Origin: Takakia lepidozioides
Taxonomy: Eukaryota > Plantae > Bryophyta
DNA length: 64,000 nt
Assembly: GCA_030704615.1 (NCBI GenBank)
Contig: CM060732.1
Location: 82,336,001 to 82,400,000 of the forward strand
Direction: 5' to 3'
Shown: piece after piece, positions 12,169 to 24,700 of the stretch
Layout of the letters: the number at the start of each line of letters is the position of its first letter
How positions within the stretch are numbered: position 1 is the first letter of the stretch
Notes under the pieces: model-generated
The model's input: only the letters and a program-made list of their open reading frames with translations
The model's database searches: none
What the model was told of the DNA's origin: nothing
Program-made: the position numbers and the translations under genes

Positions 12169-13247
12169 CGGCCTTTTTTTTTAAGGCAAAAAATAGCCAA
12201 AAAGCTACAAATAAAATATGGAGTTGACATAGTTATATAAAAATATGGGATGAAAATACTTTGTTGGAACCAGCTACAACTCTGTACATAGGGGACAGAG
12301 CCAAAACGCTTCATTATCTACATCGCTTGGCGCCTTCATGGATCTCAATTTTGTAACTATAGCCAGATCTATACATGTACACCACTGGATATCGTAGAGT
12401 CTGCACTACGATGCCTGCCTGTATAAGTTTCCATGTAGTGCGTACATGTACTGCCCAGCTCGTCTTATCATTTATTCCATGGGCTGCTGCCTTGGTCATT
12501 GTGCAAGTAGTGTTCACAATCTGAACCAGTGTTGGTCTGGTATGGGTATCAGACCCGAGTATCAATGCTGGTATCAACCCTCGTATCAAGGACCAGACCA
12601 GCCTGGTCTTTAAGTTCTACATACCAGATCATATACCAGACCAGGCTGGTATCCGATTCTCATACCAGCCACAATACCCCCCCCCCCCCCTCCTTCCTCA
12701 TTTACTCTGGTATGTACTGTACTAATTTTTGTGTATATACATGTAATTGTTTATATTTACTTTATGTTTGTTGTATTTGTTTTCACTTGATATGTGATAA
12801 ACCTGTAATTCAAGATGACTTTGGAATGATACCAGAATTGATACTCATACCAGCTGGTATTGTGGTCATGATACTCATACTCATACCAGTATCTGGAAAA
12901 AAATACATCCACCATTATATAGACCAGACTGGTATGAAAGTTTTGTGATGGGGCTGAAACCAGGACCAGTCTGGAATGTCCTAAACCTAATACCAGACCA
13001 ACACTGGTCTGAACCAACCCTTTTTTTCTCATATTCCAATATTGGAGCCACAAATTTTGTATCCTAAAAATCAGTCCCCGTCACAAATTTTTATTTGGTT
13101 TCACACTTCCCCAAAACTCAACCTGAATTCAAGTATTGTTGCCAGCCGTTGCACCAATTTTTTTGAGTATAATTGCCAATTCAGTTCCAAGGAGCCTGCT
13201 TACTGTAGCCATGTCTGTGAAACTTCAGAATGAAAAAAAAGGGGCTA
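12169..13247. mobile_element. Non-autonomous hAT-like element inserted into an old LINE
   Basis: 8-bp direct repeat ATGTCAAC at 12161-12168 and 13248-13255; imperfect ends CGGCCTTTTTTT / AAAAAAAGGGGCTA. LINE sequence is colinear on both sides. Confidence 0.6.
12527..13006. mobile_element. hAT-type MITE (480 bp)
   Basis: Perfect 17-bp TIR CAGTGTTGGTCTGGTAT / ATACCAGACCAACACTG; 8-bp TSD ATCTGAAC/GTCTGAAC; internal ATACCAG repeats. Confidence 0.85.
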
Positions 13248-14307
13248 ATGTCAACCGTTGAGCACCCTGAGTAGTCCTCTGCGCTTGTACTTGCTGACAA
13301 ATTTTCGGCTTGCACAGTTGAAGGCTAACTATCTCTTGTCATAAGTAGTTTTGCGTTTATTTCCTATATAACTTCTCCCAACATAATTTCTTCTCAGACC
13401 CTACAAGCATAATGATGTCGTGGCGGATCTGGTAGTTACGAGCCTACATTTCTTTGTTGGCTTTCAAAATGCACTCTTTATAGAGGACTCGTCTCTTGGC
13501 TAGCTTGAGTTTGATCTCAACTCTACTGCAGACAATTAGTTCCTCCCATGCACAAGGAGGAGACGAAACTCTCCCAAGAATCCTCCCAAGAATCCACTGA
13601 TCTTTTGACTACATTTCTGCATTGCCAGTTTTTTCTTTTTCCGCTGAGCGAGACTGAAGATCTTGGAGTGATTGGATTAAGTGGGGGAGCCTCTTGCAAG
13701 GCCTGGACATACTCAGCCTTGGACCTCTTCATTTTGGAATTTTTCTATGCGCCACTTCTGAATCGAACGTTTCACAGATCCTTAGGTTGGAGGAAGGAGG
13801 AAGGGGAAACACCTTTCGATCTCAGTCCAAGCCACGAAAGTGTAGAGTGGTACCGACATCAGTTCTGTCGATCGACACAGCGGCAGGCACACTGGGGAAA
13901 CAAAATCTTGTCCACCATGATATAATCAGCAGTGGACCGTTCCCCAGTTTGGGCTTTCTTACGAGTCCACTGCACTTGCTCTTCTTTGGACCAATAATAC
14001 AAGGGTCAAAAGATGAAGTTCTTCCAGACAGTTGAATAAAACGTCTTCCATCAGAAATCAGCTTGTCCTTGCCAAAAGGCCCATCAGTTCTGTCGATCGA
14101 CACAGCGGCAGGCACACTGGGGAAACAAAATCTTGTCCACCATGATATAATCAGCAGTGGACCGTTCCCCCAGTTTGGGCTTTCTTACGAGTTCCACTGC
14201 ACTTGCTCTTCTTTGGACCAATAATACAAGGGTCAAAAGATGAAGTTCTTCCAGACAGTTGAATAAAACGTCTTCCATCAGAAATCAGCTTGTCCTTGCC
14301 AAAAGGC
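13248..14307 (-). mobile_element. Degenerate LINE fragment (end of endonuclease domain plus linker) with a ~225-bp tandem duplication
   Basis: Homologous to about 30600-31450 of the intronic LINE ([18 protein letters not shown]). The block at 13857-14081 is repeated at 14082-14307. Confidence 0.8.
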
Positions 14308-16817
14308 CTCCCTTAATAGATTTGAAAGAGAGCGTCTTTTGCTGAGAGAACCCCGGACAGTTGTATCAGAAAATGAATACTGTCTTCAGATTCCCACACA
14401 ACGGGCAATTGCACTCTCCCTTTCCTCTCTGCTTCTGTTTGCTGTTCAAAGGTAGGCTTCCTGCCTGAGTTTAAATTTCAGTCTAGTGCCGAGAGTGGGT
14501 AGACCCTTGAGGTCATCCAAGAAGATGTCCTCCCCATGTCACAGACTGGAAACAAGTTCAGGGAAGTTTTTCGCCTAACTTCATTTTCATCAGACAATCT
14601 CATGGCAACAGACATGGCTGAGGACACTACAGCTCTAAGTCGGATTTATCCAGCAGGGTCAAGACTTGCGGATCCAGGTCCAGGTCCTTGAGGATCTCTT
14701 CTACTCTCTTCTGCCAGGACTTAGCCTGTTTGACAGGGCGTCCTGTTTCCAAGATATAGAGTCGATTAATTTAGGATACTGGTGTTGGGCATATGTTGCA
14801 GCTGACCCACCATCTGACCTTGAATTCATCTCGTCGGGAGCTTAAGGACGGAATGCCAAACTCCCCCCGAACAGCCACATTGGCTGTTTGGAGCATGCTG
14901 ACATACACTCCTTAAGCACCCCCACTTGAATGGATTCTAGAGACTTAGCCTGGTTGGAGTTATCAACCCATACAGCAGATCCGTACTCCAAGGCAGGTCT
15001 AATAACGCGACAAAGCATGGTTTTCTTAACCTCAGAGTTGACCCTCTGCAGTGGAAAAATTTAGTGAGCCCCAGAGCTTTGCCTTGCCAGTTTGAACAAC
15101 TTTCCGGATATGTGCATCCCAATTACAATTGGAGGAGAACTCAACGCCCAGGTAAGTGTTAGGAAGGGAGGACCGGGATCTCTTGGCTACCCCACTGCCA
15201 CTTAAGATCACCTCCCTCTCCTCTGTCGTTGAATGCTACCACTGCACTTTGCTGACATTAGCCTCTAGCCCCCAAAGATCCAAGTATCTCTTTGCGCAAT
15301 CAATCAACTCCTGGAGATTGGTTGGAGTCTCTTGCGCAATCAATCAACTCCTGGAGATTGGTTGGAGTCTCCCCTATGCCTGCGAAGTCATCCGCAAACA
15401 TAAGGGCTGGTATGGTGGTATCACCCACCCTTAACCCAAATCCCTCACTTTCCACATCCTCGAGGAGTTGATTGATGAAACATTGAAGAGCAGAGGGGAG
15501 TGAGTACATCCTTGAGCTACACCTTGGTCTATGTCAAAGAAGTTGGACTTCTGTCCGTTAACAGTGACACAGCTTTTGGTGTGAGCATACAAGTTGTGGA
15601 CAACTCTCCACATCTTTCCCTTGATCCCACAAGACCAGAGGCGGAACCATAGGCCATCTCTCCACACTGTGTCATAAGCCTTTTTGACATCCAGGAAAAA
15701 GACATAAGTGGGTTTCCCTTCTTTTTTCCTTCCCTGGATAATCTGGCTTAGAGTGAAGATATGATCCACACAGCCCCTGTTTCGCCGAAAGCCAGCTTGG
15801 CCTTCGTGGAAACAACCTCTAGACTCCAGATCAACCTCGAGACGAGTACTTATAACTCTGCAGAATGTCTTGCCAACAGCATTGAGGAGCGTGATGCCAC
15901 GGTAGTTCCCCGGTTCTTCTCTGTCACCCTTCTTGTACAGATTGACAATGACCCCCTGTCGCCAGCGAAAGGGGATCATTTCAGTCTTCCAGATAAGGTT
16001 AAAGAGGAGAACTAGGGCCTCTATCATGGGATTGCCACCGTGCTTGATAAGCTCGTTGACAATACCATCAGGTCCACCAGCTTTATATCCATTTAAATGT
16101 TCAATTGCTTCCACAATCTCAGAAGAACTAATGGGAGCATTATAAGCCATTGAAATATACTCCAGTTCATCAGGGCTGTTTTGAATCATAGGAACAGTTT
16201 TTCCAACTGTGTCCCTCCATTCAGCAGAAGACCCCTCACTGTTAGACCTAGAAGTTCTGCCAAGGATACTGTAGTGAGTTTCAAAGGTTTTGACAATGTC
16301 AACCGATGAAGTCACCACTGCACCTTTAGTAGTCTTCAGTGCTTGTACTTGCTGACCGTTTTTCGGTTTGTACAAACGTTGAAGGGCCAACCAGAATTTC
16401 TTGTCATTACCACCATGGTGGTTTGAGTTTATTTCACTGTATAACTTGTCCCAGTATAATTTCTTCTGAGACCTAACAAGCTGATTGATATCTTTACGGA
16501 GCTGGTAGTACCTCGCCCACAATTCTCTGTAGGTTTCCAAATTGCAGCACTCTTTATAGAGGGCTCGTCTCTCAGCTATCTTGAGTTTAATCTCATTAGT
16601 CCACCAATTAACTGCTCTACCGCAGACAATTAGTTTCCTCCCAATGATCTTGTCAGCCACGGAGGAAACGAAACTCTCCCAAGAGTCCACTGCTCTTTCA
16701 ACTTCATTTCTTGCGTTAACAGAGCGTGACTGAAGTTCTTGGAGCGATTGGACAAAATGAGGGAGAGCCTCTTGCAAGGCCTGGACGTACTCAGCCTTGA
16801 CCTCCTCATTGTGGAAT

Positions 16818-16820
<3 letters not shown>
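14308..16820 (-). mobile_element. 5'-truncated LINE copy (RT domain plus C-terminal CPLC..H..C region), frameshifted
   Basis: ORF 15431-16885 has the RT motifs [29 protein letters not shown] and QGVAQGC; MFADD lies in 15300-15509. There is a ~41-bp tandem duplication near 15290-15370. The 5' junction abuts (GA)n at 16821-16852. Confidence 0.9.
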
Positions 16821-16855
<35 letters not shown>

Positions 16856-18473
16856 AAACGCACATACGCAAAGTCCTGCACACAAGGTCCGAGTTTACTG
16901 AACCCAGTCTCCAAAACATCAATGACATTCTGAGGTGGAGCAATACACTGCTTAAATGAATTGGCTAAAATACACAAACGCACTCTCCAACAGCCTGCAT
17001 AATTGCAGGTTGGGCTGAATCCAAAGTATGTCGATATGTGACAGTAACAAGGGCATGCCAAGATAGAGCTTGGGGGAAGGCAATTCAGTGAGCTCTGAAA
17101 GCTATATCTACTTCATAACGCTGAACCAGTTGCAGGAAGCTAACAACCTAATAATGGAAAGCTCCGTTTCAGGCATGAAAGCCAAGCTACACATTCTGGC
17201 CACATGGTTCTTGGCACACCCAATCTTCTCAATAGATTACAAGTAACTTTGTGAAGCCCTGTAAAACTGTGTGGTGGCAAAGAGAATGGGCCACCACTGG
17301 CAGGGCCGCAAAACCAACCATCAGTAAATCCGATGATGCTCAACTTTTGTTAGCTCACAGATTGAACAATGCTAAATGATGGTGAAATTCAGAGCTAGTC
17401 TTCCGGCATTTAGAATTGGTAAATCTGAGAGAAGGGATATTCCCAACAAAGCCACAAGACTTTCCTGTAGGAACGAGCGCCTGGTCCTTCCCAAGTTTTC
17501 AGCATTATTTGTGAAGCCTGCTTGCAAGCATCCATTTCCCCATTCTGTGTGGGCAACTTAGTTACTCCAATTTGTCGAGTCGTTCTTTGTTGCTGTTGTC
17601 ATGTCGCCTCTAGACGGCCTTCATCTCCCGAGATTCATACACAGCTGTTTGGGTCTTTCCATCTCTGACACTATACATCCTCTCTGCAAAACCACCATCC
17701 TTAGAATCAAAAGACGACATAATCGCTGGCATTACGATTCTACTCTACTTCCTTAACAGCACATATTTCCAATCCCACAACGACAGGTTTGCAAAACACA
17801 TTATAATACTGAATGATAACTCAAAACTGAATAGGGTGGCCGTGGTGCCAGTCTTCAAAATTTTCACAACTTTCCCCAACAACTTCCCATAAGTGCTTGC
17901 TCTTGTACCTCTCTTTACTCTCCTCACTGTAGAATAGAGATCTCAGGAGCATACTAGCTGTATGTCACCACAAGTTGTTGGTTCTCAGGGTTGTGGAGGC
18001 CATGGTGCCTTGTATTGTGCAGCCCTACCCCGGCCTTTAACCTCCTGCCCAGTCATTGAACCACCAACTTGCATGTGAGTACACTGTTGGACACTGTGAT
18101 GCAGTCTTCCTTTCAGAGGAACTGGCATGCACGACTGTGACAAGATCTCCCTACAACTCTGCATAGAGATAACAAGGTGCACAATCTTCTGGACCTTCCT
18201 GTGGGCACTACATGTGTGCAACAACTATGTGCAACAAGGCCACAACTGGCACAGAAAGCTCGCTGAAGTAATGAACTGACCTGTACTATAGGGTTGGGTC
18301 TGGTAATTGAGATTCCTTCCAGAAAGCTCTTTATTTATCAAATTCACCCCAGCTTTTAAGGTGAAGTAGAGACACATATTTAGAGCTTAGCAAATGAAAT
18401 TCCTATGTCCAACATTTTCCAAGAATTCATGGTACAGGAGAAAAGAGATAACAATACAGGAAAACAAGAAAGG

Positions 18474-18590
18474 AAGAAATGAAATGACACTTCATAACAT
18501 CTGTGGAAAGCTTGAGCTTAGCTTACGGAACGAGAAAGCAGGAAACAAGAAAGAGTGGGCCCCACAATAAGCGGCGCAAGAACTAGAAGA
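18474..18590 (-). repeat. Short interspersed repeat with (CATTT)n tail, copy 1
   Basis: gaaatgaaatg..tctgtggaaagc..gaaagca.gaaacaagaaagagtggg, homologous to 26478-26640 and 33320-33400. Confidence 0.6.
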
Positions 18591-18791
18591 TGATTTCTTC
18601 ATCAATAGGTGTCCAAAAGTCCCATGGAGCTATTTGAAAGGAACAGGAAGGAAGGACGATAGCAGGAAAAGGAAGAAAGGGACAAGAAGAGCACAATTGG
18701 ACTACAGGTAGGTCTACTAATGGACTTCCATTGCCAGTCACTGTAAGAATAAACGGGTAGGAAGGGAGCCTCACAGGTGTAGGTAAGATCA

Positions 18792-21700
18792 TTACCGTTG
18801 CACACTGGGCACAAGCTTTTCTCCATCAACGTTGACACTGGGTAGTAGGGTACCCTCAGATTGGGCTTCAGATTCCACGACACTCTCACCACTTAATCCA
18901 ATCTTATCCTCTGACAGGCGGTCTTCCAAGTACCGAGTCTCGGCAGACAATGTTCCCTCTTCATCTTGCTGAGATCTCTGGCCCTCTGTCGCTGCCCCAC
19001 TTACTGTTTCCTGAACACTTTCTAGCTCAGATTCAAGCTCACATCTTTCATTTGTCTGAATTTCTCTACCTTGCTCCTCATCTTTATCTGCTAAATCCTC
19101 TCCACTGACAGACTCAGCTTTCTCTGTAACTCTGACTGCCTCTGTAGTAGTTGGCTGTGACTCTGTTACAGTCTCCATTAGTGACGTCAATGGGGTTGGG
19201 ATATATGGTACAGGGACTGGCAAGATAGGGAGAACTTCCTGGGGCAAGGGTTGCCACCTCTTAGTTGACCCATATTCAGCTGCTTGGGGGTTCATAAACC
19301 GAGGGATGAACTCTGCTGCATTTGGGTTCATCTGCAGAGAGCGCACTGGTGGGGGTGTTGTATTAAAGTGGGGAGGGCCACCCATTTGAGGACCATTCCC
19401 TAGCAAAGACTTTTGAGGGCCATCCATCATGAGAGAGCTGAAATGATGAGGGGGTGGTGGGGGTAGAGCATGGAGAGACATTCCTGGTGGGGGAGACACA
19501 AAATGAGGGCCTGGAACAAATGGTGCAATGTAACCGAGCTGCGGTAGAGGAGCCAGATAGGGTATCGGTCTGCGAATGGGGGTCACTGCAATGGCAGTGG
19601 GACCCTGTGGTGCAGGGAGGGGAAGGCGAGGCACAACACAACCTGGTGGGAGAGGCTTCCCATCCTTGAAAGGTGTGACTGCCACTGTACTGCTAACTGT
19701 GGACCACTGGTTGCCACTGACAGCAGCAGTTGGGTTGAAAGGAGGTGCTGTGGCTGAAAGTTTCTTGGGAGGACCATCAGGTATACTCGGCGACAATCGT
19801 CCCTCAGAGCCCACAGCAGGCGGTGTTCCGAAAGATTCCATGTTACTGTCTTTAATCCTGATTTCTGTCCCAGTCTCTTCATCCACTGAAGATGTGGTAT
19901 CTATACCCTCTGTTACAACAGCCTCCTCCATGAATGTTGTGTCTGGAGATGGAGCCTCTTCTACGAGTGGGGATTCACTCAGGCCTACTGAAGGAGGCAC
20001 CTCCTCCACCATTGCACCATTAGTCGGAGGAAGCCCCACATCACTATGAGGGACATGGGGGGAAGCTGTGTCTACTGTCTCTGGCACCTGAACAGGCAAT
20101 GGAGCTGCCTCAGCCAGATCTTCTCTCTCAGATCCATAGATCTCCTCTGTCTGAGGTTCTTCAGAAGCAGGAGGGACTTTGTCTAATTGAGTTTTTCCAG
20201 AAGCAGAAGGAACCTTCTTTGGTTGGACTTCTTCAGAAGTAGCAGGGACTTCTTCAGAAGTAGCAGGGACTTCTTCAGCCTCTTCAGCTATGTCGTTCAC
20301 CGTCGCCACCGCCGCCTCGGGCAAGGTGGCAGGAGTGGAACTCAGGTCCGCAGGGTTGGCGCTCTCAGAAGCAGATAAAGACAATGAAGAAGAAGATGGA
20401 GGGAGGGATGGAGGGAGGGACGTTAAATGGGCAAGAGACAAGGTTGGGGAAAGGACTGGAGAGTCTTGCTCCACAAGCGGAAACTCCTGCTTTGGTTTCT
20501 CAGGGGCAGCAGCGGTAGCTGGAACTTCAAACACAGGTCGCACAGATGTGCAGGTGCCCGGGGGTGCAAGAGCCACCTCCTTGTATGAAGGTCCTGTCCT
20601 TCCTGAAGAAACTGAACTGGCAGATGTCATTACAAGTGTAGAGAGGTTTCCTGATGGGCTGCGCTTTGGCAGAGATTGTGAAACCAGCTGGGCAACTGGA
20701 ACTCCAGCAGTCACACTTGCACTGTCCTCTCCCTTAGCTTTTTCGAGTACAGATTCCATTGCAGGGGATGCCGTGGGGCTTGGGGCTGTCTCGGTCGCAG
20801 TAATTGAAGGCTGAGACATGGTTTGAGTTTCTTTCGTGGCGGGAGACAGTGGCCTTCCAGAATTGGGGGGGGTCAGAGGCCTTCCGGCAAATGATCGTCC
20901 CTGCTTCTTCCCGCCTGGTATTTGTTGCTCAGCAGGGTCCACAGACGTCCCACTTGGTAGAGGTAGAATGGCCCCCTTTGGCCCAACTACTGGGTTATTC
21001 CTCTTCTGGATCTGGGAGGCATTTCCTCTCTCTCTGAGAACCCCAGCACTGTGTCTGTGGTGGCTGCCAACGTTGGCAGAACTTCCAGCAGTCAGTGGAG
21101 CCCAATTGGCACCCTTATGACCACCCAGTCGCTTGTTGCCGCTCCCAAAGGACCGTCCTCGAGGAACAGCCTCTTGCCACCCTTCCTCCTCCTCAGAATT
21201 GTCAACAACATCCACCCTGCCTGGTTTGGCAGGCACAATAGGAGATGGACTTTGTGCAGATTTCTCCTGTTGAGCTCCAGGCATCACAGTTGCGGATTCA
21301 AACAGCATTGTAGGCACAACTCCTCTCGCTGGTATCCTGTTGGCTGAATCCAACAGACTCTTCTCCTCATCCGAAACAAGGAACATTGCTGCTTCCTTGT
21401 TGAAGTCGTCAGGAGTGGTAGGTGTTGATGGCGATGATGAGACTTGGATGGGTCCTTTGCCTTTAGACTGCCATTCGACCCACAAACAAATTCTTCATTG
21501 AGATTCCCCAGATTGCAAACATCTATTAAAACATCTCTTTATCTATTGTGTAACCCTGACACCCAATCTTCTAGTCCCCTGCATGAAGTTTGATCGTCAT
21601 TTGACATGCAAAAGCCTAGAAGACAGTACCTTGACGCGACGAGGCTTCCGCCTGTTGATCTCCATCTCCTTGCCCTTTTCCACATCAGCATTGATGTACT

Positions 21701-24700
21701 CCAGGAGATCTGATACGCTGCATTATATGCACGCAACCGCACAAATGCAGTTTTCAAACCAAGTTCAGTGAGACATAGTCCCTCACATTTGATGAGCTGG
21801 TGACTTATGCACTCATTAACCCCAACTACCATCCCAAGTTGAGGCTGGCTTCTCAGATGCTCCAGAGAACGTTTGGGCCACATACACAAGGAAGGCTGCT
21901 ATTTCACAAGTCCAAAGTTCACACTTGGAAAACTATGTTTGGCCCGTAGCATTGCTACAGTCAGGAGCCATTCATTCCCCATATAACCTTGAGGTAGCAA
22001 GAATACCTGAGATGACCCTTGCTAGCAATAGAAGCATCAGGCTTGGGGGTGCCTGTCCGTGCAGCTTCTTGCTGCTCCACTGCCTTGGAGTCAAAATACT
22101 CCAACCATGCTGCAGCATCCTGATTTGTAACATCCACCCACCACCCTCTTTTGTCAGTGTGAGGAAGCATCTCTCCAGAAATTTGACCTATTGGCACTGC
22201 AACATCAACCTTGGCTCAGAACTTCCATTCAAAATTTGAGACATAACGGCCCTAGCCAATGGAGCAAGCATCCTACCCCATCGAAGGACAGAAAATCACA
22301 TATTACAACTCCCAGAAAGCCGATACTTACTTTTCCAAGGCTAATATGAGTCTCGCTTCTGCAAACTTACGAATATTTCCTTCGTATTCTGGCGAACATA
22401 TGACAAATCAATGACAACCTCAATGACGGAACATTTGAATGCACCTGTGTCCGAAGATCGTCTGGGCCAAGTTTGGCCTGCAAGATTTGCAGAGTAGTCT
22501 GCTCATGCTGGACACTCAAAGAGTATGCCTCCATCAACGAGAGTGCAATTGCAATTGCGTGGTAGCTTGCTGCAGTCTGCACAGCAAATGAGTCACCCAT
22601 GCACACCAAAACTCCTAAGACTCTTTCCAAATCCAGAAATTCCACAGCTTTTCAAGAATGAGATTGCACTGTCAAAAACACAATAGGCAATTCTAGAAAT
22701 TAGGCTGATAACAGAGGCTACGGAATAACAGGGGGGGGGAGAAAATGACCTGGATATGATCAGCACCAAGAAGCCGCTGATTGCATTTCAGAGCCTCATG
22801 GAGATATCGTAGGGCGACATGGATGTTACCCAACCCCTCCTCCATCATTGCCACATTGATATAGGTAGCTGCTGTGTTTGGGTGTGAAGGTCCACATGTC
22901 AAGTGCAGCAAGTACAGAGCTCGGTTTACATAACTACACATACACCACCATTCCCAAGGCCCCCTAAGTTTAGTGTACATTGCCTGCGATGATCAGCATG
23001 TACAGTGAAATCATTCAAAAATATGGTATTAATATATATCAATGATGATGGAGTTTCACCCTCAAGTACAGAAGCATATCATAGCACACGATGGGACATC
23101 TTCATCACAACTCAGGAATCAGACCTCTTGGCACTGGCAGAGGCTACAGGTTTGCATGAGAGAAAAAGTTGGAGGACAGACAACAGAATTTAGAATACTA
23201 ATCTACGCACTTGAGAGCCAACTCAGTGTGCTGCAGTCGGTAGTAAAACACAGCCAAGTCACCGTAGCTCTTCATTGTGTCTGGATGATCTAGTCCAAGT
23301 TCCCGCTCATTGATATCCAGTGCCTTTTGCTGATAGATTGTAGCCTGCAATCAATCCATCCCCACATGCCAGGTCAAATACCACCTTATGGAGAATTAAG
23401 GGAGATTGCATGTATTGGAAACGTAAACAGGACAGAGTCCTTTGAAGGTGAAGAGGACATCCTATTGAAAAAACAAAGCTGAAAATTACTGGGAAGCCCT
23501 GAACTTCATTATCGTACATGAGTTATTAGAAGTGTCTTAAGGAACAAATCCAACAGTCTTCAAGAATTCTCATTAACTTCAGCAAGTAGACCAAATATTT
23601 CAACTTATGAAGCTCTCTGATTTCTGCAACCTAAGAGCTGTCTAACCTGATTGAAGTCCCCTGTGTGGTATAACACAACAGCCAAAAGGCTGTATGCGCC
23701 TGCTGTCATACGATGATAGGGACCACACACTGCCACCAGCTTTGCCAGAGCCTGCAAGCAAACAAATGTAATACTACTGCTTTACAACTGAAAATGTGCA
23801 GCTTCTAAGATGCATGACCTCCAAAAAACTTACAATGGAAATTAAACCAAACAAACGGCTCAAGGGTAAATTAGAGATTGACAGAACTACACCATGCCAA
23901 AGCTAAACCGAAATACAGAAGCAGATGTACTCGAGCAAACCTGCTATTTCATGATTGATCGTCAAAACTTTAGAGAATAGCTTGATAGCATAACTCTTTA
24001 CTCCTCTTCCAACATCTTAGGCCCAACTCACTGAAGAGAACATGCCGAGAAGCTCACCTTGGTTCCGTAATTCACTGCATCATCAAGCTTGCCCTTGTCT
24101 AATGCTGTTTTGGAGGACTCTAACAATGTCCGCCCATCTGCCGATGAACATGCAACTTGCTGCACCCCAAATAGTGAACCCATCCTAATAGTGAGATTTC
24201 TGTTGAAAACTAATCCTCTAATGAGCGAATTTGCCGGAGTCATGGAGACTCTGAATTCTGGAGAATCTGCCTTGATTGCAAGATTGAGATTAAACCCCTG
24301 ATGAGTGGAAGTCCAGGAAACCAGACAGGACAAAGTATAGCAGATTAGGAATATTCCTAGCTTTGTATTTTAATCCTAGCGTGACCTGTCTAGAAGTCTT
24401 TTAGACTTCAAAATCATGGCTGCAGTCAATTATGTGGAACACCATCCTTTTGCTTCCAGCCATAGTGTGCCCCTCAGCATTTCTGCGAGCATGGACACTA
24501 GAATTGTGTTCTTTGATGCATTGGAAGGTAGTCACTGATCTCACAAGACACCTCAAATTATGACTGACAAGGAGATGCGCGGAAAGTTTACCTAGAGAGT
24601 TGCTTATGAGAAGATTATTATACCTTGTAAACAGGCACCATGCTGATGATGTCAGTTCTGTTGAAGGGAACGAGTGTGTCAAATTTGTAGTCCCGAGGAG

